Assembly: GCA_016192955.1 (NCBI GenBank)
Contig: JACPTD010000016.1
Location: 1 to 32,386, forward strand
Length of the DNA: 32,386 nucleotides
Direction: 5' to 3'
DNA from: Candidatus Woesearchaeota archaeon
Lineage (GTDB): Archaea > Nanobdellota > Nanobdellia > Woesearchaeales > GW2011-AR4
Shown here: positions 18,301 to 26,417 of the stretch, in pieces
How positions within the stretch are numbered: the first letter of the stretch is position 1
Layout of the letters: each line of letters opens with the position of its first letter
Program-made: the position numbers and the translations under genes
Notes under the pieces: model-generated
Told to the model about the DNA's origin: nothing
Database searches by the model: none
What the model saw: only the letters and a program-made list of their open reading frames with translations

Positions 18301-20568
18301 CCGAACTGGTTAGTGCTTGCATTTACCGTCTGCCAGCCAGGTGTGCTAGCATTATAGAACTGCAGTACCGCATTAAATGGCTGTGTCAAGTTATCTGTAT
18401 AGTTTGCAAGCGCAAATAGCTTTCTTCCTTGTGCCCATGTGCCATCTCCGGCAGCAGGAACAGTTGCTGGGTCTTGTCTGCCTAAAGATGCGGTAGTATC
18501 ATACACAGAACTATTTGAAAAGTTTAAGGTTAGTAAGACAGGCGGTATCTGGTCAACTATGATTAATACAGAAGTCACATTCCTATTTGAGTTATTGCTT
18601 GCATCTACAGCTGTAACAGTTATATTCTTAGTTCCATTTGTCAATGCTGAAACTGTAACAGTGCAATTTACACCATCAGTTAAATTGCCCATGGCATTTT
18701 CACCAGTTATATTGAAGACGCTTGAGTTTGTTGCAAATCCAACAGGAAAACAAGTCAAATTTCTGCCTATGCCGCTTATAAAGAATACCCCAGCACTCAA
18801 TCCTGTATCGCCTGCAGGCACAACAGTAACATTAATGGTATTATTAATAGACATATTGATCCCTGTGCTGTTTAAGTCTGCTACTGTAAAATTAATCACA
18901 ATGGAAGTGCCTGTTGTATTAAAGATTGATACATCAGATGGAGGAGTTTGATGCCTTGTCCTGCCACCATCGTTGTTGATTAAGCTTCCATGCAATTGTA
19001 TTTCTGGAGCGCCTGTATCATTGCCAACTGTGCCTTGGGAGAAGTGACTTACAAAAGTGTATGTTTTTCCTGTTGTTAATGCAACACCATTTAATTGTGC
19101 TTTGTCACCCTCAAGCCAGCATGCACTTGCCCCCCCTACTGTTGAATTTGTAAAAATTGTATTCAACACAGCTGAATCATTATTAGCTCCAAATGCTGTT
19201 GCATTACATCGGTTAATTGCTGTGCAATTTGGGCTGCTGAAAAGGTCTGATCCTGAACAATACATATGCTTATCAAATCCAACGCCAGCAAGCTCTATGA
19301 CGCCAAATTTATATAGCACGAAGCTTGGGATGAATTTGGCAAATTCGCCTCCTGCCATTGTGGTTGCAAACCCGCTTCCTATAGCCTGAGTGACGCCTTT
19401 TTGAGCAGTTGTAGTGAGATTTGCATTGCTTAAATTTCCTAGTTGGTTTTCATCAACTCTCAAGCCAACAATGTATATCTTAGTTGTTGCGCTAGTGTTA
19501 AATATAAAAGTGTAGTTTCGAGCTAGCGGGTCAAAAAAGCTCGCTGCAGCAGGCGTGCCTGCGCCTCCTGTAGAATCTGCAGCTGAAGGGATTTCTGTTC
19601 CATTTCCAAATGTTATGTTTATTCCTACTGAGCCTGCTGAGCCAAAGCTTTGCAATGTCTCTTCGAATTGTGTTATATTGCCGCCTGTAACCAAAAAGTC
19701 ATAGGAACCTATGCATCTTGAATTGCCAGCGCTGTCATTTGCGCAGAATATAACGCTATGAGCTCCCGGACCTCTCCAAGTGCTCGAAAAATTTAGTGAA
19801 ACGTTGATTGTATACGTCTCCATTACGTTGATATTGGTGCTGGTAATGGACCTCAGCATTGATATATTTTTAACCGAGTTGCTTTGGCCAATGCTAAATT
19901 CCGCGTTGACACTGCTATTCTCCAATTGGCCGATTGTAGAAAATGTTGACGCTAAAAGTGATTGGCCATCCTGTGAAATTTCCAGTTGATCCTCCCCATA
20001 AACCATTACTTGTCAGAGTCGCATTTGGCGTTAGGGCAACCAATCTTGGCGGGGCTGTGTCAATATAAATTGAGCGATTCCCCGAGAATGTCAATCCACT
20101 AGCAACGCTTGCATTAGTAAAGTTATAACACGCAATTGCAAACGTATAATTTCCATCTGCGCTGAATGTATGATTCACATAACTTATTGTCTGATTGGAT
20201 ATATTAGCGTCTTCAGTTGGTGAATCTATAGTAATATTTTTTGCAATATCCCATTTTATGACATTGGTAGTGCTGTTTATCCACAGACTGCAATTCGACC
20301 TATTTTCATGTAAATCTGCTTGCCCTGCTGCATCACCAAAACTCCAAGTGGCATTATATGTAATGTTAACCTTTCTAGAAGCTGTGTTATTAAAAATTGT
20401 AAAATTTAATCCATGTGGGGTGCCAGGTGATATAATATTAAGAGTCATTGCCTCGACATAGACTACACTTAAAACAAAAATCAAAACTATAGAAGCTAAC
20501 AGCACTAAATTTACCTTGCCCTCTCGAGAATTAAAAAAACTACTGTAACCCTCTTTTTTCATCATCAC
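15368..20568 (-). pseudogene. Giant S-layer-like surface glycoprotein with PGF-pre-PGF domain and C-terminal TM anchor, split into three ORFs (20568-19915, 20006-16644, 16642-15368)
   Basis: A signal peptide occurs only in the first ORF (...VVYVEA). Ig-like D-x-x-P repeats and dense N-x-S/T sequons run throughout. ATTPGFSTFAIG, a PPEV linker, a TM helix and a KKK tail occur only in the last ORF. The gene may be intact in vivo if the breaks are assembly errors. Confidence 0.75.
16067..16102. repeat. Perfect 18-nt tandem duplication encoding DAAAAA twice
   Basis: TGCGGCGGCGGCTGCGTC at 16067-16084 and 16085-16102. Confidence 0.9.
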
Positions 20569-20627
20569 TCCTCTTATATATGTATAATATGTGGCAAATA
20601 ATTAAAGATTATTGGTTTGGCAGCATA

Positions 20628-20639
20628 TATTTAAATCTT
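20628..20639 (-). promoter_or_regulatory. BRE/TATA promoter of the S-layer-like gene
   Basis: Reverse complement reads AAGATTTAAATA about 60 nt upstream of the start; a GAGGAG RBS lies next to the start codons. Confidence 0.55.
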
Positions 20640-20817
20640 TTGATTTATAACATAACCTGCATGTAAAAATTCTAGCTAATAACGTAAAATTTGAAACACA
20701 AAACCCCCTTTGGATTTCAAAAAATCAGAGAATATTTAAACTTTGTTATATTGTATATCCTGCAATACATATATTTAACAAAATGTTTTTATAAACATAC
20801 TTCAACCGAATTTTAAG

Positions 20818-21162
20818 ATGTTGGTCAGGAACACAACAAAAGGCAGGGTTGTCCAGCGCGATGCCGAGCTAATTGAGGATATTCTATCAAAATTTATCGG
20901 CTTGATGTTCTCTGCAAAACAAAAAAAGGCTTTAATTTTCAAATTTGACAAGGAAAAGGTGATTGCACTGCATATGCTTTTTGTTTTTTACCCGATAGAT
21001 GTTTTATTTCTGGACAAAGGCAAGATTGTCGTGGATAAGAAAGAGAATTTCAAGCCATTTGCATTTTACAATTCCAGGAAAAAGGCGATGTACGCAGTTG
21101 AATTGCAGAATGAAGCTATAAAAAAGTCTAAAACAGGAGTAGGCGACAAAATTGAATTTTGA
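20818..21162 (+). CDS. DUF192 family protein
   Basis: GLMF...ALIF...LHMLFVFYPIDVLFLD...YAVEL...GDKIEF pattern. Confidence 0.9.
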   Translation: MLVRNTTKGRVVQRDAELIEDILSKFIGLMFSAKQKKALIFKFDKEKVIALHMLFVFYPIDVLFLDKGKIVVDKKENFKPFAFYNSRKKAMYAVELQNEAIKKSKTGVGDKIEF

Positions 21163-21171
21163 TTTATAGTC

Positions 21172-21260
21172 AGCCACAAAAATAATTGGGTATAGTTGTG
21201 GCTTCCTAATAGTCGACAACAAATCATAAATAACACCTAATTACTTTGTTAGTCGACTAT
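21172..21260. repeat. Composite palindromic element: module A (21172-21203) plus module B (21209-21260)
   Basis: AGCCACAA-N16-TTGTGGCT and ATAGTCGACAACAAA-N21-TTTGTTAGTCGACTAT; homologous to 25124-25215. Confidence 0.8.
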
Positions 21261-21588
21261 ATTTCATATTTTTGAATAAAATTGATATAAAGCATGCCAG
21301 CAAGTACACCAAAACCAAATTCAACGCAAAAGCCACCGGGTTGAACAAAAAGCCCCCAAACCTGCCAAAATATTCTCCAAGAAAAAATTTATTTGCGTTG
21401 CTAGAAGCCCCTTCGATGCCCCCTGTTATCATGTATTGAAAAGGAAATCCGTGGGCGTTGTAGCAAAATGCGAAGAAAAAGCTTACTGCGCAAACGCTTT
21501 CTTTTGCAAAATAGGAGTATACAATGCCTATAAACAAAAATATTAATATTTTAAGGCCAGATGGTTTTAAGAACTCTTTTACATTCAT
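21241..21588 (-). CDS. Small hypothetical membrane protein (two or more TM segments)
   Basis: 115 aa with hydrophobic N- and C-terminal helices and a central GFPF motif. Confidence 0.7.
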   Translation of the reverse strand: MNVKEFLKPSGLKILIFLFIGIVYSYFAKESVCAVSFFFAFCYNAHGFPFQYMITGGIEGASSNANKFFLGEYFGRFGGFLFNPVAFALNLVLVYLLACFISILFKNMKYSRLTK

Positions 21589-21644
21589 AAAAAATGAAGA
21601 ATATCTTTTCTATTTAAAATTTTGCAATAAGCAAATCAACAACC

Positions 21645-21652
21645 TTTAAATA
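21645..21652 (+). promoter_or_regulatory. TATA box of the tRNA-Trp gene
   Basis: TTTAAATA ends 25 nt before the mature tRNA 5' end. Confidence 0.65.
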
Positions 21653-21677
21653 ACTAAAACAAATTCTCTATGTTGGC

Positions 21678-21840
21678 GGGGACGTCGTATAAAGGAGCAA
21701 TCCGTACAACCTGGTTATTATCGCCGGCTCCAGTATTGGAGCGTTGAGCTTTTAGCGATGAAAGAAAATTGGCGATACCGGCTGATCTTTGCAAGAAATT
21801 GCTAAGAGTCGAAATCAGAGTTCAAATCTCTGCGTCCCCA
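21678..21840 (+). tRNA. trnW: tRNA-Trp(CCA) with three introns (21693-21709 at 15/16; 21734-21776 at 37/38; 21785-21813 at 45/46)
   Basis: Spliced sequence GGGGACG TC GTAT AACCTGGTTA TTAT C GCCGG CTCCAGA CCGGC TGAT CAGAG TTCAAAT CTCTG CGTCCCC A folds as a cloverleaf. Anticodon at 21730-21732; no encoded CCA tail. Confidence 0.92.
21734..21776 (+). ncRNA. Putative minimal intron-encoded box C/D guide RNA for Cm34 of tRNA-Trp
   Basis: TTGGAGC (21736-21742) is complementary to GCTCCAG. D-like box TTGA at 21744-21747 and C-like box GCGATGA at 21755-21761. The fifth nt upstream of the D box pairs with C34. Confidence 0.6.
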
Positions 21841-21867
21841 TTTTCTCCATACAAAAAATCAGCAAAT

Positions 21868-23928
21868 CTAATAATAAACTTCCTGTTCTTTGTTTGTTTC
21901 TTCGCTTAAATCCTTATTATTGCCTTGCAAGTATTTAATAACCCCGAAAGATAGGCCTATTAAAGCAAGTATAATGGCAAATCCTATCAAAATCGCTTTT
22001 AAAATGGCTTTGAGACTTGCGCCCAGCAATCCTCTTTTTGCCACAATGACATCCCCTTTTAAATGAATCTGCGCTAATGCCTTTTCATTGTCCTTGATTG
22101 TAACAACAAACGTCTGCTCGCCTATCGCGTTCCCTTTTGAGGAAGCATACAGGTATATTGTCTTTGACTCTTTTGGCTTTATGATAAAGGCGTTTGACTC
22201 CTTCAATCTCAAATCAGCCCAGTTTGCGCCATCCATAAGCAAGGTGTAAGTTTTTGCATCATTCCCCTCATTTGTTAAAATCAGAGGGTATATTACCTCG
22301 CTGCCGTCATTTTTCATGTTTTGTCTTAATAGGGGCGCATTTATCACAAGCCTGTCACTCACAAACTGCCTGGCTTGATCACTCTTGCCTAGAATAAAAA
22401 CAGGAAACTCCTTGACTTCGCTCTCGCTTCCAGACTGGGAAACTATCTCCAGCCTTAGGGTGTAAGTTCCTGTCGGCACATTATCAGAAATTTTCAGCGC
22501 AAAATCTTCTTTTGCTTCAGGAAGCTTGCTGTTTTTAATGTTGCCTAAAAACTTTGTTGATGAAACTTCCAGCTCCGGTATGCTGATCTTTGCGCTTATG
22601 CCGTCAAGGGGAACAACTCCAAGATTTTTAAAATTCAACGTCACAACAAGCGATTTGCCTGCTTCTGCATTGCCCTCAGGGCTTAGTAAAACGCTGCTTA
22701 TAATGAAAGGAAATTTCTTCTGGCTTATTTTCAGGCCGTAAAGCTTCTCTTCTGAATTTCCCTCTGCATCAATAACTTTTACCCTGAGCTTGAAGCTGTT
22801 TTGCTCAAATTGTCCTATCAAAGGCAGCTCAAGGTCTTTAACTGTGTTTTGTCCATCGAGCACGTCAAATGTTGTCGTGGCATCTGCAACAACATCCCCA
22901 TTTTCAAATGCAAGCACAGCGTCAACATGGGCATCCTCAACATCCTCAAGAGATGTAAGCCTTACTTTCAGGTTGAGCTTTTTTTCGCCTTGGTCTATTA
23001 CGACAAAATTATTCTCGCCTTCTGCCAGAATCTTATTTTCAACCTCTACATTGTCTATCGAAACGTCCAAAGCCCTGCCGCCTGCGCCGCCAGCTGTTCC
23101 ATCCCTTCCACGCATTTGCATGCCGTATGTCTGCTGAACAAAATCCCCTTCAGCATCAATAATTTTAACGGTTAATTCAAAAGAATTGCTTTGCCTCAGC
23201 CTGTCTATAAGCTCCAGCCTGAGCCCTCTTGCGAGGGTATTGCCGTCTTGCAGATTGAAATTTGGAGACGAGTCTGCAATAACATTGCCGCTCCTCAAGT
23301 CCCTAAGCACAGCTTCGACACGGGCATTTTCCAGGTCTTCCAGAGCAGTAAATTCAACCAAAACATCAAAATTATCGCTTTCATCAATGAAATTTGGACT
23401 CGATTGCGCAACAACCCTGCCATTTACCCTTACCCTGTCTATTGAGACGTCAAAGGTGCCCCTTCCAATCCTTCCGCCTGTGAACCTTAAGCCGTAATTT
23501 TGCGTCCTTGTATTGCCATCTGCGCCAACAACTCTTATATCAAGCCTAAAATCGCTCTGCCTTCTGAGCGAATCTATAAGACGAAGGCTTAACGCCACTA
23601 CGCTGCTTTGGTTTGTCCTCAGCAGGAAAGTGCCGCTTGAATCGGAAATTGTATTGCCGGTGCTTGAGTCTGTTAAAACAGCCTCGACATGCACATTTGA
23701 AATATCATTTAGAGCTGTGAGGCTTACAACGACATCCAAATCGTTTGTGTCTTGCAGAAAGTTTGTCCTGTCCCGTGCAAAAGTATTGCCATTTACCCTT
23801 ACCCTGTCTATTGAGACGTCAGATGCGGAAAATGAGTCAGATGAAGCAGCAAGGGCATAGGGCGCACTGCTAAATAAAATTCCAAAAGCCAGCAAAAATG
23901 CCGTCAAAGCAAAAATCTTTTTATTCAT
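21868..23928 (-). CDS. Membrane-anchored surface protein: three tandem ~120-aa repeats, a CARDB/COG1361-like region and a C-terminal TM helix
   Basis: Signal peptide ending ALA; DVSIDRVRVNG / DVSIDNVEVEN repeats; NLGVVP...GTYTLRLEI; C-terminal hydrophobic helix. An identical 35-nt repeat occurs at 23418-23452 and 23787-23821. Confidence 0.8.
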   Translation of the reverse strand: MNKKIFALTAFLLAFGILFSSAPYALAASSDSFSASDVSIDRVRVNGNTFARDRTNFLQDTNDLDVVVSLTALNDISNVHVEAVLTDSSTGNTISDSSGTFLLRTNQSSVVALSLRLIDSLRRQSDFRLDIRVVGADGNTRTQNYGLRFTGGRIGRGTFDVSIDRVRVNGRVVAQSSPNFIDESDNFDVLVEFTALEDLENARVEAVLRDLRSGNVIADSSPNFNLQDGNTLARGLRLELIDRLRQSNSFELTVKIIDAEGDFVQQTYGMQMRGRDGTAGGAGGRALDVSIDNVEVENKILAEGENNFVVIDQGEKKLNLKVRLTSLEDVEDAHVDAVLAFENGDVVADATTTFDVLDGQNTVKDLELPLIGQFEQNSFKLRVKVIDAEGNSEEKLYGLKISQKKFPFIISSVLLSPEGNAEAGKSLVVTLNFKNLGVVPLDGISAKISIPELEVSSTKFLGNIKNSKLPEAKEDFALKISDNVPTGTYTLRLEIVSQSGSESEVKEFPVFILGKSDQARQFVSDRLVINAPLLRQNMKNDGSEVIYPLILTNEGNDAKTYTLLMDGANWADLRLKESNAFIIKPKESKTIYLYASSKGNAIGEQTFVVTIKDNEKALAQIHLKGDVIVAKRGLLGASLKAILKAILIGFAIILALIGLSFGVIKYLQGNNKDLSEETNKEQEVYY

Positions 23929-24052
23929 TATGCTAAAGCGGGAATGTGTTGCCCTTTTTAAAGTTTTCGTTATTGGAGAGTAGGTACAAATTTAGTCATT
24001 TTAGAATGTGCCTTGCATTAGGTATATAAACAATAAATAAACACCAAAATCC

Positions 24053-25183
24053 ATGATAGCAATAGTCGGGGCTGGTCCTGCAGGCTCTTATCTTGCTTAT
24101 CTGCTTGCAAGGCAGGGCAAAGATGTGACAATATTGGAAGAGCATGACAGGATTGGGAGCCCTGTCCAATGCACAGGCATTGTCACCCATTCAATTGAGA
24201 AATTCTTCAAGTTAAAAAATGAGGTTATAGCAAAAAGGCTTGACAAAGTGGTTGTTGTGGGCAAAAGCAGCAAAATAAGCGTAAATGTTGATGAGATTGT
24301 CATGTGGCGCGACAAATTTGACATGTTTGTTGCTGAAATGGCCCAGGATGCAGGAGCCAAGATTCTGCTGAATCACCGATTCATTGGCTTTGATGGAAAG
24401 CAGTCAATAAAAGTAAAAGACAGGAAAAACAGCAAGCTGAAAGAAATAAAGGCAGATATAATTGTGGGGGCTGACGGCCCTTATTCTGCTGTTGCAAATG
24501 CTGCTGGAATGGGCTCAAATTCAAAAAATTATATTGGCATGCAGGCTAAAATAAGGCTAAAAATGGACACAACTGCATTTGAAACTTATTTTGGCATTGA
24601 TTTTCCAAACTTTTTCGGATGGGTTGTTCCTGAAAGCGAAGACACGGTAAGGCTTGGAATAGGCTGCTTTGAAAATACCAAGGAATATTTCTATAAATTC
24701 CTTAAAATGAGAACAGGCAAAAAAGACATTTTATGCTGGGAAAGCGGCTTAATTCCTTTATACAACCCAAAAAAAACAATACAGAAAGGCAATGTATATT
24801 TAATCGGCGACGCCGCAACCCATGTTAAAGCCACAACAGGAGGAGGCATAATACCATCGCTTAAGGCAGCGCACACATTATGCGACTGCATTGCCAGCAA
24901 CAAAAACTACAACAGGGAATTCAAAAGGCAGTCTGGAAAAGAACTCCTTTTGCATTTAAGGCTAAGAAATATCCTAAACAAGTTCTCTGACAATGACTAT
25001 GGCAAGCTACTGAGCCTGATGAGCCAGGAAAAGGTTAAAAAAATATTGAAAAAGTATGACAGGGACACGCCAATACCCTTGCTGGCTAATCTGCTGCTTA
25101 AAGAGCCAAGGTTTTTATTATTGCCAACCACAACAATACTTAAAAATTTTTGTGGTTGGAAAGGTAGCCGAACAACAAAGTAA
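24053..25183 (+). CDS. Geranylgeranyl reductase family FAD-dependent oxidoreductase
   Basis: GAGPAG, PVQCTG, RDKFD, VGADG, FGWVVP and GDAA...TGGGI motifs. Confidence 0.9.
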   Translation: MIAIVGAGPAGSYLAYLLARQGKDVTILEEHDRIGSPVQCTGIVTHSIEKFFKLKNEVIAKRLDKVVVVGKSSKISVNVDEIVMWRDKFDMFVAEMAQDAGAKILLNHRFIGFDGKQSIKVKDRKNSKLKEIKADIIVGADGPYSAVANAAGMGSNSKNYIGMQAKIRLKMDTTAFETYFGIDFPNFFGWVVPESEDTVRLGIGCFENTKEYFYKFLKMRTGKKDILCWESGLIPLYNPKKTIQKGNVYLIGDAATHVKATTGGGIIPSLKAAHTLCDCIASNKNYNREFKRQSGKELLLHLRLRNILNKFSDNDYGKLLSLMSQEKVKKILKKYDRDTPIPLLANLLLKEPRFLLLPTTTILKNFCGWKGSRTTK

Positions 25184-25215
25184 TTATGCATTATCAATTG
25201 TTTGTTGTTCGGCTA
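25124..25215. repeat. Composite palindromic element: module A (25124-25159) plus module B (25165-25215)
   Basis: CCAACCACAA-N16-TTGTGGTTGG and TAGCCGAACAACAAA-N21-TTTGTTGTTCGGCTA (perfect 15-bp arms). Confidence 0.85.
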
Positions 25216-25318
25216 TATTTGCAAAAATGCTTTTTGCTTAAAGCTTAACTTGAACCTTTGCGTTTTTCCTCTATAAGCACTTCTTGATTTCTGACATATA
25301 TTCTATACCACATAAAAG

Positions 25319-25350
25319 TTTATATACTTAAGATATCTATAGATATCTTA
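25319..25350 (+). promoter_or_regulatory. TATA box plus a perfect 22-bp palindromic operator
   Basis: TTTATATA at 25319-25326; TAAGATATCTATAGATATCTTA at 25329-25350, one nt before the ATG. Confidence 0.7.
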
Positions 25351-25351
25351 T

Positions 25352-25513
25352 ATGAAAAAAATAGAATTAAAAAACGAAACTTTGGTGTTAGTAGACAAAG
25401 AGATTCTCGGTTTTATCGAGAAAACAGTAACTCCGTTCGGGACGAGCGCCAAAGTGGACTGCCCACGAAAGTATATTGGCAAACGAGCTTATCTTATTAT
25501 TTGTAAAAAGTAG
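25352..25513 (+). CDS. DUF2080 family (putative transposon-associated, AbrB-like) small protein, 53 aa, absent from the ORF track
   Basis: Manual translation MKKIELKNETLVLVDKEILGFIEKTVTPFGTSAKVDCPRKYIGKRAYLIICKK; EKxVTPFGTSAKVDxPxKYIGKRAY is the DUF2080 pattern. Confidence 0.85.
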   Translation: MKKIELKNETLVLVDKEILGFIEKTVTPFGTSAKVDCPRKYIGKRAYLIICKK

Positions 25514-25636
25514 AGGTAAACTTGTCTTTGCCGATAAAAGATGTTCCAGTTAGATTCAAGGCTCTTCTTTCTTTTTACAAGAAGTGTTTTACAAGACCAC
25601 TAAGTAAGATTTTTATATTACAACAAAAATTAGGTT

Positions 25637-26341
25637 ATGATGGTTGAATTAACAGTTGTGATTCCTACTTTCAATGAAGAAAAGCAGATCAAAAAGACTA
25701 TGCAGGGAGTTTATGCCTATATAAAAAAACTGAGATTAAATCCTGAAATATTGGTTATTGACGATAGCACAGACAAAACATACAGTATTTTGAAAAGATT
25801 AATGAAGAGGTATAATAACCTTAAGGTAGAACATAGGACCTATCAAAGAGGTGTAGGCTCAGCAATTAGGTTAGGTATTGAAAAAGCAAAAGGAAGTTAT
25901 ATAATAGTTTATATGGCAGATGCTCCAAATGATGCAAAATATTTTCCTGCTATACTTAAAAAATTGAGAGAAGGATATGATATAGTGCAAACTTCACGAT
26001 TCTTCACGGAATCCAGAATTATAGGCTATCCTTTTAAGAAAAGAATATGCAATTGGTTATGTAATAACTTTATTAAGGTTTTATTTTTTGAGTTTAAATT
26101 AAGAGATTTCAGTAGCTTGTTCAAGGGTTTCAATAAAAAAAGAGTAAAAGCCTTAGGTTTACGAGCAAATGAATTTGACCTTGGGCTCGAGATAGTGCTT
26201 AAGGCAATACGAAAGAACTATAGAATTGTTGAGTTACCGGTCGATTGGAAAGAGAGAGAAGGTGGTGAGAGCAAGCTGAAGCTGTCGAAATATGCAAGGC
26301 ATTATTTCATGAGTGTTATGAAAATACGGCTTACCTATTGA
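25637..26341 (+). CDS. GT2 glycosyltransferase (DPM1-like)
   Basis: VVIPTFNEE, LVIDDSTDKT, GVGSAIRLG, YMADA and REGGESK motifs. Confidence 0.9.
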   Translation: MMVELTVVIPTFNEEKQIKKTMQGVYAYIKKLRLNPEILVIDDSTDKTYSILKRLMKRYNNLKVEHRTYQRGVGSAIRLGIEKAKGSYIIVYMADAPNDAKYFPAILKKLREGYDIVQTSRFFTESRIIGYPFKKRICNWLCNNFIKVLFFEFKLRDFSSLFKGFNKKRVKALGLRANEFDLGLEIVLKAIRKNYRIVELPVDWKEREGGESKLKLSKYARHYFMSVMKIRLTY

Positions 26342-26417
26342 CAAATTGCAACAAAAAGATTTAAATATTAATAGGTGTGTTCATTGCCATAATTTGAAAT
26401 CATAACAATGTAATAAA

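Noticed and set aside
19915-20006. Independent start of the 1120-aa ORF at 20006
   Set aside because: It has no signal peptide or RBS and overlaps the coding frame of the upstream fragment; it is better explained as part of one broken gene.
25195-25313. Divergent gene remnant opposite DUF2080 (MSEIKKCL* or MWYRIYVRNQEVLIEEKRKGSS*)
   Set aside because: It is too short and stop-interrupted, with no recognisable transposase motif.
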